Positions 1 through 8,738 of a stretch of 64,000 nucleotides of DNA are shown piece by piece. The stretch is from NCBI GenBank assembly GCA_934096175.1, contig CAKOLG010000001.1, forward strand, positions 117,736 to 181,735. The letters are read 5' to 3'. Under the pieces are notes generated by a model that saw only the letters and a list, made by a program, of their open reading frames with translations, was not told the origin of the DNA and made no database searches. Source of the DNA: an uncultured Bacilli bacterium. Its GTDB lineage: Bacteria; Bacillota_I; Bacilli_A; RF39; UBA660. A program made the position numbers and the translations under genes. Position 1 is the first letter of the stretch, and every line of letters begins with the position of its first letter.

Positions 1-2142
1 CATAAGTTTGTACTGGGTATCTATTTGTTGGTGGAGTATCTATAATAGATAAATCTCTCAAACCACTTAACGCCATTTTTAATGTTCTAGGAATTGGCGT
101 TGCACTTAAAGTAAGTACATTAACATCATTTTTATACTCCTTAATTTTTTCCTTGTGAGTAACACCAAAACGTTGTTCTTCATCAACTATTAATAAACCT
201 AATTTAGAAAACTTAACATCATTAGATAATAATCTATGTGTTCCAAATACTAAATCAATAGTTCCTTTCTCTAATCCATCTAATATCCTTTTTGTTTCTT
301 TTGCACTAGTAAACCTATTAAGTAATGCAATTTCTACTGGATAATTTTTAAATCTTTCTACAGCATTTTCATACTGTTGTTTAGAAAGAATTGTCGTTGG
401 ACATAAATAAAACACTTGTCTATTATTTACTATTGTCTTAAACATCGCCCTAAAAGCAACTTCAGTCTTTCCAAACCCAACATCCCCACACAACAATCGA
501 TCCATTGGGATTTCACTACTTAAATCTTTATCAATATCTTCGATCGCTTTTAATTGATCAGTAGTTTCTTTATAAATAAATTCTGATCCAAAAACCGCTT
601 CTTCAGCATAAGACTTAAAAGGCGTACCTTTTACACTACTACGTGATGCATATAACTTAATCAATTCTTCACTAATATCTTTAATTTTACTACGTAATTC
701 TCTTTTTTTCTTAGCCCAACTAGTACTATTCAATTTATCTAATTTAGGCATTGATCCCTCTTTACCAGCATACTTAAATATTGTACTAATCTTTTCAACT
801 GGAATATAAATTTTATCATTTCCTTGATAATTTAATTGTATATAATCTTTCTTTAAGCCGTTCTTAGTTAACGTAATAACTCCATTATAAATTCCAATTC
901 CATGTTGACTATGTACTACATAATCACCAATTGATAATTGACCGAAATCCTTAATCTTTTTACCTATATGATAAGAATTTTTATAATTAATCACTGCATT
1001 CTTAACTTTTTCAATATCAGATTCTGCTATAACTACATAATCTTCAAAAATAAAACCACTATTTATTCTTTTATATAAAATATTAATCTCCTTGTTGATA
1101 AGTTTATCATTATTAACAACATGATAACTATTTAAAAAAGGCTCTAAACTACGTAATTGATTTTCCTTACTTAAACAAATAACTATTGTCTTTCCACCTA
1201 TTATTTCTTTATCACAATATTTCCCAAGTAACTCAAAATCACTATTAAAATTTTCTATTTCCTGAGATTTAAAATTTAAATATTTCCCAAAACTAACATT
1301 ACTTATATTATTTAAATAAATTACATAGTCACAAGCAATCTCATCAAATTCATACATATATTTCTTAGAAACATTTTCATTTTTATTATATTCGACAATA
1401 TCATTTAATAATTTTTCATAAGCAACATCAATTTGTTCTTTATTAACCATTACTACATAGGGATTATCCATATAATCAAACAAACCGCTTTTACTATCCG
1501 TAACTACTTCCGTATATGGTTTTATTTTAACAGATTGTATTTCCCCTATAGATAATTGTGTATTTTCATCAAAATACCTAATTGAATCAACATCATCACC
1601 AAAAAATTCAATTCTTATAGGATGTTCCTCATCTATTGCAAATAAATCTACAATATAACCTCTTACTGCATACTCGCCCGTAGTTGTTACCAAACTTTCC
1701 CTAACATAACCATATTTTTCTAAAATACTAAGTATTTCATCCCTTTTTAATTTATTTCCCAAACATAAATTAAACTCTAAACTTTTTGCATCATCTTTAC
1801 TTGGTAAATATCTTAAAAAACCTGTCAAATTAGTTACTATAATCTTTTTTTTATCATTTCTAATAATATCTAACGTTTCTAGTCTTTTTATTTTTAAATC
1901 TGGTGATATAGCCACTGCAACACTAGTTAAAAAATCATCCATTGGAAATAAACAAACATCATTAGTATAAGTATGTAATGAATCATAATACATATTTGCT
2001 TCAAATAAAGTGTTTGTTAATATTAAAATATTTCTGTTTTCTTTTTCAAATAAATTAAGCACATAAAAAACATTTAACTCTTTAGTTAAACCAGTGACCG
2101 TCAAACCATTTTCATACTTAAAAAATTTATTCAAAAAATCCA
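1..2142 (-). CDS. mfd: transcription-repair coupling factor Mfd, N-terminal portion (gene runs off window start)
   Basis: Open minus-strand frame from ATG (RC of 2140-2142) to the window edge. Translation starts MDFLNKFFKYENGLTVTGLTKELNVF and contains the helicase Walker-A motif GDVGFGKTEVA (RC around 430-470). It lies directly downstream of pth, as in Bacillus. It is missing from the ORF track because it is truncated by the window. Confidence 0.8.
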
Positions 2143-2153
2143 TAGTACAACCC

Positions 2154-2711
2154 CTATTTTATTCTAGAATTATAAACATTCATAGTTTTATCAATACCAT
2201 CAATTATAAAAGATTCAATTATTTTATTAAAATCCTTTTGCATTTCATTTAATTTATCTATTTCAGCCTTACTAAAGTTACCCAAAACATAATCTTTAGT
2301 ATCTATCGTTCTATCATGCGAAACACCAATCTTAAGTCTAGCAAATTCCTGAGAATTAAGTCTATTTATAATAGATTTTATACCATTATGACCACCAGCA
2401 CTACTATTTTTCTTTAGTTTATACGTAGAAAATTGTAAATCTAAATCATCATGAATGACAAGTATACTATCAATATTAACATTGTAATAGTCAACAAACT
2501 TAACAACAGCATCACCAGATAAATTCATAAAAGTCAAAGGTTTAATAAACAAAACTTTTTCCCCATTTATCCTTGTTTCATGGTATAAAGCATTAAATTT
2601 TTCCTTCCAATCATTTGTATTTAAATAATTATCTATTACAAAAAAACCAACATTATGTCGAGTATTTTTGTAATCTTTACCTGGATTTCCTAGTCCTACT
2701 ATTAATTTCAC
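2154..2711 (-). CDS. pth: peptidyl-tRNA hydrolase
   Basis: The ORF track protein contains VKLIVGLGNPG...HNGIKS (the Pth signature). The likely true start is GTG at 2711, giving MKLIVGLGNPG, 2 nt after the upstream gene's stop. The track's 2762 start would add 17 atypical residues overlapping the upstream gene. Confidence 0.8.
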   Translation of the reverse strand: MKLIVGLGNPGKDYKNTRHNVGFFVIDNYLNTNDWKEKFNALYHETRINGEKVLFIKPLTFMNLSGDAVVKFVDYYNVNIDSILVIHDDLDLQFSTYKLKKNSSAGGHNGIKSIINRLNSQEFARLKIGVSHDRTIDTKDYVLGNFSKAEIDKLNEMQKDFNKIIESFIIDGIDKTMNVYNSRIK

Positions 2712-2712
2712 A

Positions 2713-3435
2713 TTACTCACTCTTTTCAAATATACCTTTATAAGATTTATATTGTAATACATCTATTGGTGGCATTACCTTTAAACTTCCTGTTTTTCCG
2801 TTCTTTGTAGCTTTAATTAATACCATAATTGCTTCCTTATTAAAACCAGCATAAATAAATTGTAATTTTTTTACAGTAAAATTATATTTATTTAAACAAT
2901 CCATTATTTCTTCTAATCTATCACATCTATGTACTAAATATAATGGTGCTTTATTCTTTAAAATATACTTCGCAGATACCATAATATCTTCTAAATTCAT
3001 AGTAATTTCATGTCTAGCAATTGCCTTTTCCTCATCTTCATTAATTAAAGAACTATCTTTTTCATATTTAAAATACGGCGGATTACAAGTAACCGCATCA
3101 ACACTCTCCGGCAAAATATACTCTAACGCTTCTGATAAATTTGCATTAATTATTTTTATTTGAGAATTTAAATTATTTTCTAATACACTTAATTTCGCTA
3201 ATTTATAAATATTCTCTTGCAATTCAAAACCATATATTCGAGCTTTAGTCTTAGTAGATAAAATCAGTGGCACAGGCGCATTTCCTGTACAAAAATCAGT
3301 TATTATCCTTGTATTATTTTTTAATTCAACAAACTCTGCTAGTAATATAGAATCCAAAGAAAACTTAAATTTATCTTCATATTGATATATTTTTAAATTA
3401 TCATAGTCAAACAAATCATTTATTACACTTGCCAC
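2713..3435 (-). CDS. SAM-dependent methyltransferase, YabB/TrmN6-like (tRNA m6A37-type, NPPY motif)
   Basis: The TCNPPYF motif and a small methyltransferase fold pattern. Its position between yaaT and pth resembles B. subtilis yabB. Confidence 0.6.
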   Translation of the reverse strand: MASVINDLFDYDNLKIYQYEDKFKFSLDSILLAEFVELKNNTRIITDFCTGNAPVPLILSTKTKARIYGFELQENIYKLAKLSVLENNLNSQIKIINANLSEALEYILPESVDAVTCNPPYFKYEKDSSLINEDEEKAIARHEITMNLEDIMVSAKYILKNKAPLYLVHRCDRLEEIMDCLNKYNFTVKKLQFIYAGFNKEAIMVLIKATKNGKTGSLKVMPPIDVLQYKSYKGIFEKSE

Positions 3436-4213
3436 AATCTAAAACAACCTCCTTGATTACACCATCACATTCAACCTTATATTTTCGATTTAAAATATCT
3501 ACAGAAACAACTTTACCCATTCCACTATCAGTTTTAATAGTTTGTCCAACATTTGGCAAACCTTTTTGGCAACGTTCATATTCTTCATCTTCGTATGTTA
3601 AACAACATAATAATCTACCACATAAACCATTTATTTTTGAAGGATTTAAAGCAATATTTTGATTTTTAGCCATATTCATCGTCACAGAATCAATATGATT
3701 TAAAAAAGTCGAACAACATAAAGATCTCCCACACTGACCAATACCGCAAACTGTACGAGCTTTATCCCTTGCACCAATTTGACGCAACTCAATCCTAGTT
3801 TTATAAGAAGATGCCAACTTTTTAGCCAATTCTCTAAAATCAACTCGTTCATCAGCAATAAAATTAAATAAAAGTTGTTTCCTATCTAAAGTATAATTAG
3901 CATCCAGGATATTCATCTTTAAACTCATATCCTTAGCTAACTTACGTGCCCTTAAAAGACATTTCTCTGCATCACCCAAATTTTTTAAATATGTACTATA
4001 ATCATCTTCCGTTGCCATATTAATAATTTTCTTTAAATCTTCACGAGGAATCTTAACTTTTTCTTCTATTATTCTACTAGCAACTTTACCAAGCTGTATT
4101 CCTTTTTCTGTTTCTACAATAACGTAATTATCTTTAACGAATTCAAAGTCTTGACCATCAAAATAATAAATTTTTCCTTCATTCTTTAAAGTAACGCCAT
4201 ATATATTACTCAC
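3416..4213 (-). CDS. ricT: PSP1-domain protein RicT/YaaT (stage 0 sporulation / RNase Y regulator)
   Basis: Cys-rich PSP1 C-terminal domain (CGIGQCGRSLCCSTF...CGRLLCC). It lies downstream of holB, as in B. subtilis. Confidence 0.75.
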   Translation of the reverse strand: MSNIYGVTLKNEGKIYYFDGQDFEFVKDNYVIVETEKGIQLGKVASRIIEEKVKIPREDLKKIINMATEDDYSTYLKNLGDAEKCLLRARKLAKDMSLKMNILDANYTLDRKQLLFNFIADERVDFRELAKKLASSYKTRIELRQIGARDKARTVCGIGQCGRSLCCSTFLNHIDSVTMNMAKNQNIALNPSKINGLCGRLLCCLTYEDEEYERCQKGLPNVGQTIKTDSGMGKVVSVDILNRKYKVECDGVIKEVVLDCGKCNK

Positions 4214-5048
4214 AACAATCCCTCATTTCAATTACAAATTTATCTAAAATCATATCTATATTAACATTTGACTTTATATACTTCAAAATTTGTTCTATTA
4301 AACTTATTATTTTAATAGCCTGTTGACTATTAATCTTGTTAATAACTTCTATCTTATCAACACTTTTTTCAAAGTAACAATTCTTTATATAAAACAACAT
4401 CGTTAAAAAAAACATTTCCCATTTTTTTCTATCATCATATAAATTACTCATATTAACTTTATTAAATAAAACCACATCATCATTAGTAAATATATAATTT
4501 AAATACAATTTAACTTGTTCCAAATATTCTTCTTCAATTACAAATCCATTCTCTTCATATTCTGCATTTACTATTTGACATCTACTACGAATTGTTGATA
4601 AAACATTCTCTTTATTATTTGTAATAAAGAAACCAATTATATTATCTTCCGGCTCTTCTAAAAATTTTAAAATTGTATTGGCAGCTGAAGAATTAAATCG
4701 ATCTGCCTGCTTTATTATATAAACATTATATTTAGAAAAAATAGGTTTTGTTGAAAATTTTCTCATTAAGTTTAGTATTTGTTCTTTTTTGATAACCTGT
4801 CCATCCGGTTCAATCACAATAAAACTAGGCAATTGATTATTATTAATAAGATTACATAAATTACAATCTTTATCACAATTTTCTTCATAACTTTGAGGAC
4901 AATTCATCATTTTAATAAAAGTTACAACATCATTATAACATTTCAAATCATTATTTGTTTCAAGCAAAAAAGCATGAGCTAACTTATTCTCATGTAATTT
5001 TTCTAATAATAAATTAATTTGCTTTGCTTCAATCAAAATACCACCCAC
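4206..5048 (-). CDS. holB: DNA polymerase III delta' subunit
   Basis: N-terminal AAA-like region with no intact Walker A (HAFLLE..., IFSKYNVYIIKQADR). Synteny holB-yaaT. Confidence 0.7.
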   Translation of the reverse strand: MGGILIEAKQINLLLEKLHENKLAHAFLLETNNDLKCYNDVVTFIKMMNCPQSYEENCDKDCNLCNLINNNQLPSFIVIEPDGQVIKKEQILNLMRKFSTKPIFSKYNVYIIKQADRFNSSAANTILKFLEEPEDNIIGFFITNNKENVLSTIRSRCQIVNAEYEENGFVIEEEYLEQVKLYLNYIFTNDDVVLFNKVNMSNLYDDRKKWEMFFLTMLFYIKNCYFEKSVDKIEVINKINSQQAIKIISLIEQILKYIKSNVNIDMILDKFVIEMRDCCE

Positions 5049-5053
5049 AAATT

Positions 5054-5236
5054 CTATATTATTAACTTAATAACTAAAATAGCCAAAATCCCACTTATTC
5101 CTAAAAAAGAACTTAACGCAATCGTATAAACATTTATAGGAATAACAATATTTATTAAACTAAATAAAACATTTACACTATAAATACCGAAAATACCTAA
5201 ACAAATTTTCTTCAAAATTTTACCACAAATTTTCAT
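5054..5236 (-). CDS. bofA: BofA-like pro-sigma-K processing inhibitor (small membrane protein)
   Basis: The C-terminus INVYTIALSSFLGISGILAILVIKLII matches the BofA signature (INLVTTAISGVLGIPGIAALVVIK). It lies downstream of recR, as in B. subtilis. Confidence 0.6.
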   Translation of the reverse strand: MKICGKILKKICLGIFGIYSVNVLFSLINIVIPINVYTIALSSFLGISGILAILVIKLII

Positions 5237-5273
5237 AAAATCACCTACATAATATTATGTTATACAACAATTA

Positions 5274-5873
5274 TTATGATATTTTTTTTCGGTCATTTAA
5301 GGCTCGATCTAATGTTATTTCATCTAAATAATCAATCTCTGCTCCCATCGGAATTCCATAAGATAGTCTAGATATTACCACATCTTTTCCTTCCAATATT
5401 TTTTGTAAATATAAAGTTGTAGTATCCCCCTCAATTGTCGATTTCAAAGCAATAATAATTTCTGGTTTTTCCAACTTTTCTATTCGTGATAACAAACCAG
5501 CTATATTAATATCATCTGGTGTAATGTCATCAATCGGGGAAATTAAACCATTTAAAACGTGATAAACACCATTATAATTACCAGCTTTTTCAAAAGCAAA
5601 TACACTCTTATAATCCTCTAAAACACATATAACATTTTTATTACGATAATCACTAGCACAAATATCGCATATATCCTTATCCGTGATATGACCACATATG
5701 CTACATTGTTTTAAATTTTTTTTGGAAGCAAGCATTGCAGATGCAAAATGTTCTACATCTTCATTACTCAAATCTAATAATGATAAAGCATGCCTTTCAG
5801 CACTCTTTTCACCTACACCAGGTAACTTTTTAAAATAATTTATAAGCTCCGCTAAAACTGCAGGATACGCCAT
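5274..5873 (-). CDS. recR: recombination protein RecR
   Basis: HhH motif (LPGVGEKSAERHA), C4 zinc finger (CSICGHITDKDICDIC) and Toprim domain. Confidence 0.9.
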   Translation of the reverse strand: MAYPAVLAELINYFKKLPGVGEKSAERHALSLLDLSNEDVEHFASAMLASKKNLKQCSICGHITDKDICDICASDYRNKNVICVLEDYKSVFAFEKAGNYNGVYHVLNGLISPIDDITPDDINIAGLLSRIEKLEKPEIIIALKSTIEGDTTTLYLQKILEGKDVVISRLSYGIPMGAEIDYLDEITLDRALNDRKKIS

Positions 5874-6169
5874 TACATTAACCCATTAAGTTGACTTCCA
5901 TATGCACCTAACATACTCTCAGTCTCTTTATCAATTTTCTTCATTGCATCATTTACAGCAATTACAAACATATCTTGTAATATTTCTTTATCACTATCAT
6001 CTAATCCATCTTGTTTAATTGTTGTAGAAACAATCTTTTTATCACCCGTAAAAACAACTTCTACTAACTCTGAAATACCAACAAAAGTCTTTTTATTTAA
6101 CTCATCCTTTTTCTTAGTTATATCTCTTTGCATTTTTTGTGCTTGTTGCATTAATGCTTGCATATTCAT
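5873..6169 (-). CDS. ybaB: nucleoid-associated protein YbaB/EbfC
   Basis: ~98 aa protein between dnaX and recR. The terminal GLM(GL)..GMM-like tail is typical of the family. Confidence 0.85.
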   Translation of the reverse strand: MNMQALMQQAQKMQRDITKKKDELNKKTFVGISELVEVVFTGDKKIVSTTIKQDGLDDSDKEILQDMFVIAVNDAMKKIDKETESMLGAYGSQLNGLM

Positions 6170-6190
6170 AAAATTTTTCCTTCTTTCCTA

Positions 6191-7831
6191 TCATTCAGTT
6201 TCATATGTACCAAAGATTTCCTTAGCCACATCTTCAATATTATCGGTCTTTGACTCAGAAATTTCAACTTTTTCAGTGTCTTCGACATTATCTTCTTCCA
6301 TATAACTATATTTTATTTTATTCTTCAAATTAATTCTATACTTTTCTACTTCTTTTAACCACAAATTTTCATTTAATGCACAAAACAATAAATTATTACC
6401 AGAAAATTCAGCATATTTTTTTTCTAAATTTTTAATATCGGCATTAATCAAATCATTAGTAGAAGCTATTGTGCTTTCTATCAAAACATACTTATTTGAA
6501 GCAGCCAATATAACTGTATCTGCTAATATAGAAACCAATTGCCTATCTGCCTTCATCAAATAATTCATAAAATCAACCCATGAGCTTGTAACTAAACTTT
6601 TTTGTTCCTTAGAAGCATCTACAAAACAATTATTTATCCTTACATCAATATTAAAAGTAATCTCACTCTTGTTGATAACTTTATTTCCCAAATCTTTTTT
6701 TAAAGTAACAAAATCTTCTCTTGAACTTGTTTTTTTATTTCCCGTATCATTCGCATTATTTCCCGTACCCTGTTTATAGTTTTCAATATATTTTTGTTTA
6801 TTTCCCGCTTTATTTATATACTTCAATAGCACAATTTCAATCAATACATATGGATCAACATTGATATTTACGTTACATAAGCATTCATTTAAATCAAATA
6901 TCATCCCATAAATATCATCAAAACAAAAATCATGCTTTACCTCTCCTGACTTTAAGGATATAGCAACTTTTCTTAACTCAAAAATCATTTTCTCTACAAA
7001 AACAGAATAATTTGTGCCAGATTCTTTTATCTTTTTTAAAATATCCAGTAACTTTTCAATATTCCCCTCTTCAATACTTGTTAATAACTCATCAATTTTC
7101 TCGGTTGAAATACTACCAAAATAATTAGATACAATATCTAAAGTTATTTCCCGATCATCCGATGAGAGCTGATCCAACATACCTAAAGCATCACGCATTC
7201 CGCCAGCTGACAATAAAGCAATCTCATTTAAAGCATCATCCGTACACTTAATATTTTCTAAATCACAAATATAACCCAAACGTTTAACAATAGCAGCCTT
7301 ACTAATCGGTTTAAAATCAAACCTTTGACACCTAGATAAAATAGTTATTGGAACATCTTGAATATCAGTAGTCGCTAAAATAAAAACAACATGAGAAGGT
7401 GGTTCTTCCAAAGTAAGCAAAAGTGCATTAAAAGCACTAGCAGTCAGCATATGAACCTCATCAATAATATAAACCTTATATTTGGAAGACGTAGGAACCA
7501 ATTTTACATTGTTGATAAGTTCCCTTATTTCATCTACACCATTATTAGAAGCAGCATCTATCTCTATAATATCAGGATTTTCCTTAAAACTAAGGCAAGA
7601 ACTACAACAATTACATGGATTTCCATTCAATGGATTTTCACAATTCAGCGCCTTAGCAAACAACTTAGCTGAACTAGTTTTACCAGTTCCCCTAGGTCCA
7701 GTAAAAATATAAGCATGAGAATGCTTTCCACTTATAATAGATTTCTTTAACATATCAATTGTATAATCTTGTCCCACCACATTATCAAAATCATCCGGAC
7801 GATATTTTCTATACAAAACCTTATATCCCAT
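6191..7831 (-). CDS. dnaX: DNA polymerase III subunit gamma/tau
   Basis: Walker A GPRGTGKTS, zinc module CNCCSSC, and the SRC sensor motif (ILSRCQRF). Confidence 0.9.
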   Translation of the reverse strand: MGYKVLYRKYRPDDFDNVVGQDYTIDMLKKSIISGKHSHAYIFTGPRGTGKTSSAKLFAKALNCENPLNGNPCNCCSSCLSFKENPDIIEIDAASNNGVDEIRELINNVKLVPTSSKYKVYIIDEVHMLTASAFNALLLTLEEPPSHVVFILATTDIQDVPITILSRCQRFDFKPISKAAIVKRLGYICDLENIKCTDDALNEIALLSAGGMRDALGMLDQLSSDDREITLDIVSNYFGSISTEKIDELLTSIEEGNIEKLLDILKKIKESGTNYSVFVEKMIFELRKVAISLKSGEVKHDFCFDDIYGMIFDLNECLCNVNINVDPYVLIEIVLLKYINKAGNKQKYIENYKQGTGNNANDTGNKKTSSREDFVTLKKDLGNKVINKSEITFNIDVRINNCFVDASKEQKSLVTSSWVDFMNYLMKADRQLVSILADTVILAASNKYVLIESTIASTNDLINADIKNLEKKYAEFSGNNLLFCALNENLWLKEVEKYRINLKNKIKYSYMEEDNVEDTEKVEISESKTDNIEDVAKEIFGTYETE

Positions 7832-7877
7832 ATTAAAAACCTCCTGTTGATAATTATAGCATAAAAAAAGAGGTTTT

Positions 7878-8303
7878 TTACCTCATATTATCAAAAAAAT
7901 CTGTTAATAAATTTTTCAGCTCCGATTTTTCTTTTTCATAACCCTCAACTTCACAAAAAAAATCATTACTACTACTGTGATTAACACCACTTTTCAAAAA
8001 ATAATATACTCGTTTAATTCGACATTCCTCAATAATCGCCTTACACATTTTACAAGGCTCCAAAGAAACAACCATATAACAATCATTCAAACGCCAATCC
8101 TTAACCTTCTTCTCAGCCTTTAAAACACTGATAACCTCTGCATGACCCAAAACATTTCTTTTCCCTTGCCTATTATTAAAACCAGAACTAACAATACAAC
8201 CATTACAATCAAAAACAACTGCGCTAACAGGAACTTCTCCTTTCCTTAATGCTTTTTTAGCATTACTAACTAACAGATTTAACACTTTCTTATTAAACTC
8301 CAT
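7878..8303 (-). CDS. tadA: tRNA-specific adenosine deaminase
   Basis: CDA motifs HAEVISV and PCKMC. The likely ATG start at 8303 (MEFNKKVL) is used rather than the track's GTG at 8327. Confidence 0.8.
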   Translation of the reverse strand: MEFNKKVLNLLVSNAKKALRKGEVPVSAVVFDCNGCIVSSGFNNRQGKRNVLGHAEVISVLKAEKKVKDWRLNDCYMVVSLEPCKMCKAIIEECRIKRVYYFLKSGVNHSSSNDFFCEVEGYEKEKSELKNLLTDFFDNMR

Positions 8304-8315
8304 AAAATCACCATT

Positions 8316-8400
8316 AAAAAAGTGCACACAAACAGTGACTGATATGGCTGCTATCTTCCGATCCTGACCAAGTTACAATATATTTGTTGCACAAACATAT
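8316..8400 (-). ncRNA. ffs: signal recognition particle RNA (small 4.5S/scRNA-type), candidate
   Basis: The minus-strand sequence ACUUGGUCAGGAUCGGAAGAUAGCAGCCAUAUCAG matches the universal SRP domain IV motif (GGUCAGGNCCGGAAGGNAGCAGCCA), including a GGAA tetraloop. The closing stem is GUGCAACAAA...UUUGUGUGCAC, followed by a U-run. It sits next to tadA/dnaX, as scr does in B. subtilis. Confidence 0.65.
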
Positions 8401-8431
8401 ATTACAAAAATATTAATAAAATGTCAACATA

Positions 8432-8447
8432 TGTTTCACGTGAAACA
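8432..8447. promoter_or_regulatory. parS centromere-like site (TGTTTCACGTGAAACA), copy 1
   Basis: Perfect 16-bp palindrome identical to the Firmicutes parS consensus tGTTNCACGTGAAACa. It is origin-proximal. Confidence 0.7.
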
Positions 8448-8654
8448 TTAATCACATTTCAAAAAAATTTTCACATAATTTCTCGTCATAAAAAAGGAGC
8501 AATTTTAGGAATCGAAATGATTAACATATCAGCTTTAACTAATTCGATGCCTAATTTCAAAAACAAGCATATTGATCAAATCCTTTTATTTATTAGCAAA
8601 AATCCATTTTTAGTAGAATAAAAAAAGATATTTTTTCACTATTTTTATCAACAA

Positions 8655-8670
8655 CGTTTCACGTGAAACA
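8655..8670. promoter_or_regulatory. parS-like site (CGTTTCACGTGAAACA), copy 2, one mismatch
   Basis: Same palindrome with one mismatch in the first base. Confidence 0.6.
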
Positions 8671-8710
8671 TAAAAAAAAGAAACTGACAGCAAAATATCA
8701 ATTTCTCCAA

Positions 8711-8726
8711 TGTTTCACGTGAAACA
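8711..8726. promoter_or_regulatory. parS centromere-like site (TGTTTCACGTGAAACA), copy 3
   Basis: Perfect 16-bp palindrome, 12 nt downstream of the gyrA stop. Confidence 0.7.
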
Positions 8727-8738
8727 TATTATCAACAT

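Noticed and set aside
3429-3662. 77-aa plus-strand ORF inside ricT/yaaT
   Set aside because: It lies entirely antisense within a well-supported conserved gene. Its composition is low-complexity Ser/Thr-rich.
7391-7712. Two plus-strand ORFs (93 and 76 aa) inside dnaX
   Set aside because: They are antisense to the conserved AAA+ domain of dnaX. Shadow ORFs.
8421-8621. 66-aa plus-strand ORF in the gyrA-tadA intergenic region
   Set aside because: Its ATG is the first three bases of a parS palindrome. It has no RBS and overlaps the SRP RNA and parS region. It is best explained as a chance ORF.
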